Made by a program: the position numbers and the translations under genes
In this document: positions 1-9,850 of the stretch, piece by piece
How the letters are laid out: the number at the start of each line of letters is the position of its first letter
How positions within the stretch are numbered: the first letter of the stretch is position 1
Assembly (NCBI RefSeq): GCF_009914755.1
Contig: NC_060931.1
Length of the DNA: 64,000 nucleotides
Strand: one strand, 5' to 3'
DNA from: the human T2T-CHM13v2.0 reference genome, Homo sapiens
The notes under the pieces: model-generated
Seen by the model: only the letters and a program-made list of their open reading frames with translations
The model's database searches: none
Told to the model about the DNA's origin: nothing

Positions 1-1750
1 CTAGGGTGATAGTGATGGAAAAGATAAGGACCAAGTCCAAAGCTGTCTAACTCAGGGGTGAAACTGTGTGAGAGCAAGAAGACGGACGGAGGCGTCCCAC
101 AAGCCTACTGGAATGAGGAGAGACAGAGAGGAGCAAGCTTTTGGGGGAAGAGCAGGAGCTCAGTTTGGGCACATTGGGTTTGGGGTGCACTGAGACAGCC
201 AGCAGGGTGCCAAGGAGCGGGCTGGAGTGAGGAGCGAGGCCCAGCTCAGAAGTGGAGTTCATGAGTGGCCAGTATATTGGTGGCGTTTGATGCCAAGGGC
301 ATAGGTGGGGCCACCCCGCAGTGAGAGTGAGGAGCAGGATGAGAAGGGGACTGAGGGCTGAGCCTGGAGGGATCCACACATTCACAATCCCACGGGGGAG
401 CAGGAGCCCCCAAAGGAGGCGGAGCAGGGGAAGGAGTGCTCAGAGAGGTGGGAGGAGAACCGGATGAATGTGGGATCCTGGGGCCCCAACCAAGATTGTC
501 CCAGCGAGGGGCTGCTGAGCCGGCCGAGTGCTGCTGAGCCGCCTTTGTGAGAGGATTTGGAGGCGCAGCTCACAGCGAGAGCGGATTTGGCGGAGGATGG
601 ACTCGGAGGCTGGGCTCAGGGGTGCTGAGAGGGAGCGGCTGGGGCAGCCCAGGAGAACAACCCTTTACCGAGGCTCCTCTGGGAGGGCGGGGGGAGCCAG
701 AAGGGAGCGGGAGGAGTCATTTGGTTTTGTTGTAAGAGGACAGCCTGTAAAAATGCTAAGAAGTGGATATGGGAGTCACTGAAAAGTGGGGGGCACGTCA
801 TGGAGCGGGGTGGTTGAGAAGGAGTGAGAAGGCAGGTCCTGAACCCAGTGTGGGGGGCCTTGGCTGAGAAAGGGGACTCTGCCCCAGAGGCTGGCAGGTG
901 GGTGTGTGGCCTGGGGGTGGGCAGGAGAGGGAGGCCAACTGCTGGCTCCTGCATTCGTCATGAAGGTGAGGTTCCTGGCCTGCTGGGGGTGGGCGCCAAC
1001 AGGGGGTGGGAGTGGAGAGCGGGTGGGTCTTGAGAGTGCAGAAGACGGAAGCAGCTGCGGCAGAGGTGGGAGGACAAGCCAGTAGGGAAGAATATACAGT
1101 TGCCAGGCCATGCTGGCGGGCCAGCTCCCCCAAGAGCGGAAACTTGGAGTGAGACCACTTTTTCTGGGTGGAATATCTGGTACAGACAAAAGTGACTTGG
1201 GCTTATTCAGGGTTGGGTTTTGCCCCAAAGGCTGAGGCACCAGGGACTTGTAGGTGTTTGTCAGAGAGCATTTGTGCAATGCCACAGGGTCCCTGCTGGA
1301 GGGTCTGCTGGAAGGGAGTGGAGTATTCGGTGCTAGGGCTGGGTGGGGGTGCAGAGGAAGAGTTCTAGGAGGACAGAAGGGTGTGGTCAGAACAGGATGC
1401 TTTGCAGCACAGCTGGTGTGACTTCCAGCAGTAGCATGGGCTCCATGTTGGTGTGGGAGGGGGTGTCTGCTGGGGGTCAAGAAGGTCCCTGAGAGAAGGA
1501 AGGGCAGGGACTGTGAGGTCAGTGGGTGACAGACCATCAGCCTGGGCACTGCTGTCACTCAAGACAAAGGCTGGGGTTGAAGGGCAAGGATGACTTTCGA
1601 GCCAGAGCCTCCAGCCATGAAGGTGGGGAAGGGGCTGCAGGAGCCTGGGGGTTGCAAACAGGAGGCTGGGGCAGAGGTGGGATGCAGGGAGTGAGGAGGG
1701 GCAGACCAGAGGGAGAGTCCAGACAGGGCGGGGTGGAGAGGACTCAGGGT
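1..1750 (-). mobile_element. Long degenerate L2 LINE fragment (ORF2 region)
   Basis: Purine-rich L2-antisense motifs such as gagctcagtttgggcacattgggtttggggtgc, gggactgagggctgagcctgg and ggtcctgaacccagtgtggggggccttggc; boundaries approximate. Confidence 0.6.
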
Positions 1751-2509
1751 GCGGAGCAGGAACCGAAACCCCCAGGCACTGGTCCCCTGCCCTCCGGAGC
1801 CTGGGCAACCAGTCCAGCCATCCTGCTATGGCTTTGCCCTCCCAGCTTTGGGGCTGCCAGAGGCCCTGGCCCTAGAACTGTTAGGAACAGGGCTGCCTTT
1901 GGGGCAGATCCAGGCTTTGGAAACCAACAGGAAACTGCAGATATTATTATTTTTTTTTTCTGACACTCTGTTCTGCCTCATCTGTGTGACTCTCTCGTGT
2001 GGATTTTTCTCTTCTGGCTTGCTCTTGCACACTCTCTGTCTCTCTGCATCTTTCTCTTTTTGAGGCCCCAGATTTTAGCTGTGGGGAAGCAACAGAGCAG
2101 CCCATCAGGCAGCTGCCCCATCTCCATGATACCAACATCTGAGTCCCGGGGCTGGCTGGAGGTGGCCGGAGCTTTCCGCTGGCATGCAGATGGCCAGCTA
2201 GCCCCATCTGTCAGAATTCTCCTCCGGAGTGCTCTCTGCCCATCCCCCACACCATCCCTCCCTCCCTCCCTAACTCTCCTGTCTTCCCCTCGTGGCTGTC
2301 CCCTCCCAGGTAGAGTGTTGTGCATGTGAGGGAGGGCTGTGTGACCTTCAGCCTGCCACTCCCTTCCCTGGGGAACTTGCTTGGGCTCCAGCTTCCCCGC
2401 AGGCGTCCCTGGGAGTAGGTCAGGGCCTGCGAGTCTCCCTCCCTCAGAGGCGTTGCATAATCAGCCCGAGGCCCTGTGCACATTCCCATGGTTACGGGAC
2501 TGGGGAAGG

Positions 2510-2687
2510 CTGGCAGTGGTGGCATTGCCATGGCACCGGCGTGGCCCTTGGCTCTGCTGGGCGTGGCGCAGGCACGGAGGGGCTCTGGGCTCTGGCTGCT
2601 GGAGAGATTGTTGCGGGGGACGACCTTCCTCTTGACTCTTTGCAGGGCACCTCAGCTCAGCAGCCATGGTGACCTGGGAGCAAACCC
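2510..2687 (+). repeat. Inverted repeat, left arm (pairs with 3074-3248)
   Basis: 2510-2654 aligns by eye to the reverse complement of 3105-3248 at about 87% identity, with a weaker extension to 2687/3074. Confidence 0.9.
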
Positions 2688-2732
2688 TTGGCACACTGGC
2701 TGGCTCAACACAGACCACACTTGGAGTTGTGG
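2674..2732 (+). repeat. 59-bp direct repeat, copy 1 (copy 2 at 3662-3720)
   Basis: ctgggagcaaacccttggc(a/t)cactggctggctcaacacagacca(c/g)acttggagttgtgg, 57/59 identical. Confidence 0.95.
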
Positions 2733-2943
2733 TCTCAGCCCCAGCCTGACCCCAGACCCGGCCTGCAGCCCGTGTCCTTTGCAGCCCCTTACTCAGTCCT
2801 AACCTGGGCCCAGTTGGAGCCCTCGTGGAGCACAGCTAGGCCCTCCCCCGAGGCCCTGCGGGCATTTCCATCTGCACTCTGCCTGCACTCTGGCCATGGC
2901 CTCAGTCCTCCGATCCCCTGCACACCCCCACTCCCCCAACCCC

Positions 2944-3069
2944 TTAGTTCAATGTTAAGGAATCAATAATACATATTAAACAAGCTGTCTGTAAACAGAA
3001 ACAGACATAAAACAAGGTTATGTATCAATCAGTTGACAAAAATGTTGTGACCACAGGCTCACAGAGCCT
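2944..3069 (+). mobile_element. MER82 internal fragment; inverted local copy of 4405-4537
   Basis: ttagttcaatgttaaggaatcaataatacatatt...gaccacaggctcacag matches the reverse complement of 4405-4537; no TIRs. Confidence 0.9.
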
Positions 3070-3073
3070 GTCT

Positions 3074-3248
3074 GGGTTTTTTCCCAGTCGCTGTGGCCTC
3101 CTAGTGAGGTGGTCTGTGAAGAGTCAGGAGGAGGGCCGTCCCCGCAGTGATCTCTCTGGCAGCCAGAGCCCAGAGCCCCTCAGTGCCCGCACCACGCCCA
3201 GCAGAGCCACGGGCCATGCTGGTGCCATGGCGATGCCACCACTGCCAG
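3074..3248 (-). repeat. Inverted repeat, right arm (pairs with 2510-2687)
   Basis: Reverse complement reads ctggcagtggtggcatcgccatggcaccagcatggcccgtggctctgctggg... Confidence 0.9.
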
Positions 3249-3661
3249 TGCTGTACCCGCCACAACCAGTGCTGTGCCCGGGGGCCCTCACAGGGTGGAG
3301 GGGAAGAGTGGCAGACCCAAGCCTCACTTTTGGGGGCAGACAACAGAGGTGTGTGTGTGACTCAGGCCATCAGAGCTGTGCGGGTTCAAAAGTCACAGGT
3401 CAGTTGACAGTTGGGGGTCAGAGCAGGCAGGAAGTCCTCCTGGGGGAGGCAATGGTGGGTGTGTGGGGCTGGAAAGGCTGGATAGAATTTGAGGAAGGGA
3501 AACGCCAGGGAGGTGGAACAGCTGCCGTGAAGGTGGAGAGTCCAGAGCTCAGAGTGCAGGACCCACTGGATGGAATTTGATCTCTCAAAGATAGACCGTG
3601 TGCTTGTGTAGAAGCTTCTCCAGGCTCACCTCTGCACAGAGCTCAGGGAAGGATCTGATGG

Positions 3662-3720
3662 CTGGGAGCAAACCCTTGGCTCACTGGCTGGCTCAACACA
3701 GACCAGACTTGGAGTTGTGG
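3662..3720 (+). repeat. 59-bp direct repeat, copy 2
   Basis: 57/59 identity to 2674-2732. Confidence 0.95.
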
Positions 3721-3879
3721 GTTCACAGGGCTCAGGGAGACCCCCAGAGGCAACCTCAGCAGGAAGAGCTTCACGCAAGGCACACGAGAGACCCCCACGC
3801 ATAGCCCCGCCTGAGCCCAGAACCCTTTGTCCAGCTGCTGCTTTGGCTGCCCCTTGAGCTCCACGGCAGAGCTCTCATC

Positions 3880-4313
3880 ACAGCCCTCTTGGCCCTCACA
3901 GGGTACAGCCCATACAGTAGAGACAAAACAGATCCCGTCACTCCCTGCTTTCTGATTTGACCAGGGAAAAATAAATCCAAGTTCCTTTCTGCAGCCTGCA
4001 AGGCCCTGGGTGTCCTGGGCCAGTCCAGCTCTCCAACCTCAGCTTCTTTTGCCTTCCTTCCCTGTGCTCCGCTCTGGCCACACTGGCCTTCCTGCTGTCT
4101 TCTGATCCCCTGAGCTTGTGTTCATTTCAGCTCAGCTGCTGCTTGGAACACTCTCCCCCTAATGCCTCCCATGGCTGCCTTCTTCCATATAGCCCCAATT
4201 CAGTACCAATATCACCTCCCCAGAGAGGCCTGTCCTGGCTGCCTAGTGACATCACTCACTTTCACCACTGCATTTCCTTGTTTTATTTTCTTCATGGCAC
4301 TTAGCAGTAATTA
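3880..4313 (+). mobile_element. L2 3' region (interrupted by MER82; continues about 4966-5056 and 5748-5770)
   Basis: ctctggccacactggccttcctgctg, cttggaacactctcccc, atcacctccccagagaggcctgtcctg, ttcttcatggcacttagc. Confidence 0.8.
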
Positions 4314-4965
4314 CAGACAATGCTCATTATTTGTGGTAGTTACGTTCCATAAAGTCACCACCAACACTGAGTTAGCAAACATGGAACCATTGCTCCTAGG
4401 GTATAGGCTCCTGTGAACCTGTGGTCACATTTTTGTCAACTGATCGATACAATCGATACATAACCTTGTTTCATGTCTGTTTCTGTTTACAGATAGCTTA
4501 TTTAATATGTATTATTGATTCATTAACATTGAACTAATGGCCAACAGCACTGTGACTCATGTCTGAGTGAAGCTTCTCTGGCACACGTTTTCCTCGTAAG
4601 GCACATCACAGCCCTCTTGCACATAGGAATGCTGGAAAGCACTCCAGCCTACACTGGGGGGTCACTTGAAATAGTGAAATCATCAACAAAAAGCACAAAA
4701 ATGTGAAACACATGACACTAAATACCACTTGGTGACAGTATGTAAACAAGGGAAGCGACCCTTGTTTATAGTCTGAGAGCTGCAACAAGAAGTCAGAGCA
4801 TCCCCTGCTTGGGCTGTGCTGGGAGGTGTGCATTGGGCCACTCAAGCTTTTCTCCACTCTGAGAGTGTTCAAGAATGATGGTGGAAGCGCTGCCAGTGTT
4901 GACACTGGGGTTAGAGAGCAGGCAAATTTACAGATATGGAATGTGCAAGTAATGAGGGTCAAGTG
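4314..4965 (-). mobile_element. MER82 (Tigger/TcMar non-autonomous DNA transposon), near full length
   Basis: TA then cagacaatgctcattatttgtggtagttacgttccataaagtcacc...; far end gcaagtaatgagggtcaagtg forms the terminal inverted repeat; matches recalled MER82 consensus. Confidence 0.85.
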
Positions 4966-5062
4966 TGTGTCATTTACGTATTTGTGTGTTATTGTTGGTC
5001 TTCCCATTGTCTTACTGCTGCATCCACAGCACCTGAAACAGGTCATGGTCAAGATTCAGTAG

Positions 5063-5386
<324 letters not shown>

Positions 5387-5399
5387 CTATTTTTAAATT

Positions 5400-5732
5400 G
5401 TTTTGAGACGGGGTCTCTCAGTATCAAGCTGCACACAGGCTGGGACTTGGAGTGACTTCTCAGCACCCAGTCTGGGCTGGAGTGTGGTGATGTGATCACA
5501 GTTCACTGCAGCCTTGACCTCCCTACCTTGAGCAATTCTTCTGCTTCAGCCACCAGAGTAGCTGGGATTTCAGGTATGTGCCACCACACCTGGCTATTTT
5601 TTAAATTTTTTTTGTAGAGACGGGGTCTTGTCATGCTGCCCAGGCTGGTCTCAAACCCCTAGACTTAAGTGATCCTCCCGCCTCAGCCTTCCAAAGTGCT
5701 GGGATTACAGGACTGAGCCACCGCGTCCAGTC
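5400..5732 (-). mobile_element. AluJ carrying a 50-bp foreign insertion (5419-5468)
   Basis: AluJ-type cactgcagccttgacctcc; outer TSD cagtagatgtct at 5057-5068 and 5736-5747. Confidence 0.9.
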
Positions 5733-5787
5733 TCACAGTAGATGTCTAATAAGTATTTATCAATGGACTGCCCCGGCCCCGCCCCCC

Positions 5788-5788
<1 letters not shown>

Positions 5789-5828
<40 letters not shown>
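5789..5828 (+). repeat. (AC)20 microsatellite
   Basis: Perfect dinucleotide run. Confidence 0.98.
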
Positions 5829-5834
<6 letters not shown>

Positions 5835-6337
5835 TAGGAGTTCTCAGAGCGAAAAAGACACAGAGTGTCCCTTCCTCTGGTGCTTCTCTCCTGGGCACCA
5901 CAGGCAAGGGAGAGGAGAAAGATTCTGGAAGAAAAGCGGGGGTAAGTGAGAGCCCTTGTCCTAAAGCGTTCTCATCCCCATTCTCCCTCTCCTTATGGTC
6001 AGACCTGTCGCTCAACACAGGGAAGCCTGGTGTGCACATGTGATTATGTCCACTTCCCCGTGGTAAGTGTCACCAGGGGCACAGGCAGTACGTGTCCAGC
6101 TTGGCCGAGGTTGCCACTCCTGGTCCTGCGGGAATGGTGTGCATGCCTGCACGCACGCATGTGTGTGCGCACAGGAGCATGTGTGCTGAGGGTGCAGGCA
6201 CGTGCCTGGGCTTGTGCCTGGGCATGTGCCCGGCTCTGCCCTGACAAGGCCTGCCGGCTCCCTAGCAGCTGGAGCACCCGCTGTGCTGACAGGGCCTGCA
6301 ATCACGGGAAATTACCAAACCCAGAACTAAAATTAAG

Positions 6338-6370
6338 GCTGCTGCTGCTGCTGCTGCTGCCGCCGCCGCC
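6338..6370 (+). repeat. Compound trinucleotide repeat (GCT)7(GCC)4
   Basis: gctgctgctgctgctgctgctgccgccgccgcc. Confidence 0.98.
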
Positions 6371-6489
6371 ACAGAGCCTGTTTATGAGCCAAACGCCTGG
6401 AAGAGGCCTCGGGAGGAGGCACTGTGAGGAACTCGGAGGACAGGGATGAAGACTGGGCAGGGAGGCCACAGAGGAGGAACCCCAGCTTC

Positions 6490-6665
6490 CATTTGGCAAG
6501 TGCCTATGGAGTGAAATGTCAGGCGCTGTGCTGGTGAATTTCCACACTTTATTTAGCCATCACAATAGATAGGTATGGCCCCCCTTTGACCAACAGAGAG
6601 CTGGGTGTCACAGAGGTTAAGGCTCTTAGCTAGCAGAGCTGGGATTTGAAGGTGGGGCTGTCTGA
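6490..6665 (-). mobile_element. MIR SINE
   Basis: gtgcctatggagtgaaatgtcaggcgctgtgct...cacagaggttaagg...agagctgggatttgaa. Confidence 0.6.
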
Positions 6666-6932
6666 CACAGGGACTGGGACAGATCTCTGGACCTTGTGAG
6701 GTTAAGTGGAAATGTGCCCCACAAAAGGTTTGATTCTGGTTTTTAGTATGGTATTTGATGTAAGGAACATCAAAAAGAAGCCCCTGAGTTTGTAATAGCC
6801 CTCCTCCTGCCTACAGCGTGACCTGTAGCTGGACCCTGTGGGAACTCACACGTGCCTCCAGGAAGGACAGTGAGCGGAGCATACACACCAATTCTACCGA
6901 ACCCGTTCCCACGCACAGTCGCCCCCACCCCG

Positions 6933-8200
6933 TGGTTCCAGAACTGGTGGGTTCTTGATCTCGCTGACTTCAAGCATGAAGCCATGAACCTTCACTGTGA
7001 GTATTACAGTTCTTAAAGATGGTGTGTCCCGAGTTTGTTCCTTCTGATGTTCGAACGTGTCCGGAGTTTCTTACTACTGCTGGGTTTGTGGTCTGACTTC
7101 AGGGGTGAAGGGGCAAGACCTTTGCAGTGAGCGTCACGGCTCTTAAAGGCGGTGTGTCTGGAGTTACCCACTCCTCCTGGGGAGTTCATAGCCTCACTGG
7201 CTTCAGGATTGAAGCTGCAGACCATCCCGGTGAGTGTTACAGTTCATAAAAAATGGCAGGGACCCAAACAGAGAACAGCAACAAGATTTATTGCAAACAG
7301 GAAAAACACAGACATCCCAAAACAGGGAAATAGAACCGACCAGGTTGCCACTGCTGACTCAGGTGGCCCTCTTTTATTCCCTTATCTGGCCCCACCCACA
7401 TCCTGCTGATTGGTCCATTTTATAGAGAGCTGATTGGCCCATTTTACAGAGAGCTGATTGGTACATTTTACAGAGAGCTGATTGGTCCATTTTGACAGAG
7501 AGCTGATTGGTGCGTTTACAAACCTTTAGCTAGACACAGAGTGCTGATTGGTGCGTTACAATCCTTCAGCTAGACACAAACGTTCTCCAAGTCCCCACTC
7601 CCTTAGCTAAACACAGAGTGCTGATTGGTGCATTTACAAACCTTTAGCTAGACAGAGAGTGCTGATTGGTGCGTTTATAATCCTTTAGCTAGACACAAAA
7701 GTTTTCCAAGTCCCCAGCCGTCACAGAAGCCCAGTCATCTTCAGTTCTCACTGGCAATCGCTGCAGGAGTTTGCAGCACCTAGCCTGGGCACTCCGGCAG
7801 CCCAGAGAAAGCTCCTAGACAACCAAGAAGAAAAGAGGGGAAGCGAGAAAGACACTGAGACTAGCCATGGTGACCAATGACCCTGCGAAGAGGGAACGGG
7901 GTCCATGCACGGGACCCAGCCTCCTATGAAGCCCAGCAGGTGCCGGCCTGCCGAGCCCGCGCCCACCCGGAACCAGCGTCGGCCCACGAGCGCCGAGCGC
8001 AGCCCTGGCTCCCACCTGCGCCTCTCCCTCCACACCTCCCCACGAGAAGAGGGAGTGGACTCCTGCCTCGGCCAGCCCCAAAGAGGGGCCTCCACACCGC
8101 AGCGCGGGCTGAAGGGCTCCTCCAGCACGGCCAGAGCGGATGGTGAGGCCGAGGAGGCGCCCAGAGCGAGCAAGAGCTGCTAGCACGTTGTCACCTCTCA
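6933..8200 (-). mobile_element. Solo LTR12-family (ERV9) LTR, about 1.27 kb, probably LTR12B/D-like
   Basis: Reverse complement starts TGAGAGGTGACAACGTGCTAGCAG; GC-rich U3, tandem CCAAT repeats and U5 repeats gaagctgcagacc...gtgagtgttacag; flanks cccg/ccag are a possible decayed 4-bp TSD. Confidence 0.95.
7370..7670 (-). promoter_or_regulatory. LTR12 promoter/enhancer: 8 tandem CCAAT (NF-Y) boxes and a TATA-like AATAAAA
   Basis: ctgattgg near 7406, 7430, 7454, 7478, 7503, 7544, 7621 and 7662; ttttatt at about 7372; LTR12 is a known NF-Y-driven promoter. Confidence 0.75.
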
Positions 8201-8254
8201 CCAGCATCACTAGCTCGAGGCTCCATAGTGTTTATATGGGGGCCTGGGGGGGCG

Positions 8255-8304
8255 CAGTATCAAGCTGCACGCAGGCTGGGACTTGGAGTGATTTCCCAGC
8301 ACCC
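8255..8304 (+). repeat. Unique 50-bp segment duplicated into the AluJ at 5419-5468
   Basis: 47/50 identity. Confidence 0.95.
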
Positions 8305-8629
8305 TGTGGCCCTGAAAGGCCCCTGGCCCCAGAAGGACCCACCTGTGATCTAGAGAACGAAGCTCCTCCCCTTCACCGCTCAACCTGGCCAGCAAGCAAA
8401 TGATGAATGAACCGTGGAGAATGTCTGTCGAGGGGCCCTGGCTGAGGGCAGCGGCAGGTGGGCACATACCCATGCTGCTCCCACCCCTGCCAATCTCAAG
8501 GAGAACCTGGCTCACCGGTTGGAGGCTGTGGAGAGAGAAAGCTGGGCCCCGAAGCCATATGGCATTTGTTGGCACACAACCTGGCTGGCCTCCAGCCAGT
8601 CAGCGCCTTCATCTGACTTGGCATAAAAA

Positions 8630-8835
8630 TGACAACAGCGCCAGGCACTGTTCTAGGATGCACACATCCATACACAGTCCTTACAGGGCTCTTTGAGGAA
8701 GGATCGTCATCTCCACTTTACAAGTGAGAAAACTAGGGCATAGAGAGGTAAATGATTTGCCTTCAGCCGCCCAGCTGGGAGGCCATGGCGCCAGGACATG
8801 GACCATTGGCTTGGGCAGCCTGGTAGTAGAAGCTC
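8630..8835 (-). mobile_element. MIR SINE
   Basis: gccaggcactgttctagg...ctttacaagtgagaaaactagggcatagagaggtaaatgatttgcc. Confidence 0.8.
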
Positions 8836-9244
8836 TGTGCTGACCACCATGCTACATGGCCTCTCTCAGGTCCTCCAGGCCCTTGGCCCTTCCCAGGTCA
8901 GGTTCACATTGTGCAGGTGGCCTGGTGGATGGCCCTCTAGCCTCTGCCTGAAGACAGCCAGCGTGGGTGCCCACTCCACTGCTCCTGACCTGGCTCTGTG
9001 GGGCAGAAGGCCGTCCTGGACAGGGTCTGAAGCAGTTCTTCAGGGCGTCATCTGCCCACTCAGCCTCTGCTGCCTCCTGCCCCTTCTGCCTCTTGGTGGC
9101 CTTCTGGAGACTTGAAGAGAATAGTCACAATGCCTGTGGACCTGCTCACCCGTCGGTCCACACAGCCCTGGCCCAGACTGAGAGGGACCAGTCGTGAGAC
9201 CAACTGTGTTCCAGGCCCGGGCTTGGACTTTTCGTTAGCTTTAA

Positions 9245-9438
9245 AAATCTTGTGTTTGGGTTGTGACTAGCATTTAATATTTTTTGATGGAATAGAAGAG
9301 AATAGAAGCTAGAGCATGAGTCAGTATTGCTTCTTGAAGCTTTTAACTCCATGTTACATACATGCACGTGTTTATGCTGAGTCAGAGTGAAAAATGAACT
9401 TCTCACTATGGGAAAGTGAACAAGTTTGAAGGACACTC
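9245..9438. mobile_element. hAT-Charlie fossil (Charlie4z-like)
   Basis: aatagaagagaatagaa...ctgagtcagagtgaaaaatgaacttctcactatggg...aagtttgaaggacact resembles the recalled Charlie4z end. Confidence 0.5.
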
Positions 9439-9639
9439 AGTCCTGTAGATTGCCTTCTCCTTTCTTGCATCCTATTTTGGTTCCTGCATTGACCCCCAGC
9501 CAGCCCAGGTCTCCCCTCAGGCTGAGCTCAGAAGCCTCCCGCTCCCGGCCCTGCTGAGCCATGTCGAGATCTGGGCACACAGGGAGACAGGAAGCCTTGT
9601 GGACTGGGCGATGAGAAAAGGAACCGCTGCATAATGTAC

Positions 9640-9850
9640 GCTCACCATGTGCCAGGCTCTGTGCTGAATGCTCCACTTCCATCGTCTGTTAAGTCTCATG
9701 AAGTAGGTGGCGTGTTCGCTCCGTTCCGCAGATGAGGAAACAGGCGCGGGCTCTTCACCTTCTTGCTCAGTCATGACACTCATGGAAACGTCATAACTGA
9801 GTTTAAATCTGGGTCTTGGAGCTTCCCGGGTCACTCTCTTCACACCAGCC
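9640..9850 (-). mobile_element. MIR SINE
   Basis: ccatgtgccaggctctgtgctgaatgc...gcagatgaggaaacagg. Confidence 0.75.

Noticed and set aside
776-1558. Longest ORF (260 aa, minus strand)
   Set aside because: Pro/Ser/Leu-rich translation of a GC-rich decayed L2 with no recognisable domain.
5946-6449. 167-aa ORF with poly-Leu/poly-Pro
   Set aside because: Composition comes from TG and CTG/CCG repeats, and it has a non-ATG start.
6521-6540. Partial REST/NRSE-like ggcgctgtgctggtg
   Set aside because: Wrong spacing, incomplete half-site, and it lies within a MIR.
6887-6907. Minus-strand ORF contains NGFGRIG, the GAPDH NAD-binding motif
   Set aside because: Flanking residues do not match GAPDH, and the codons differ from human GAPDH at several synonymous positions, unlike a processed pseudogene. 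Most likely chance; tBLASTn would settle it.
7400-7700. Regularly spaced repeats resembling a CRISPR array
   Set aside because: These are the known LTR12 U3 CCAAT tandem repeats; the spacers are not unique and the DNA is eukaryotic.
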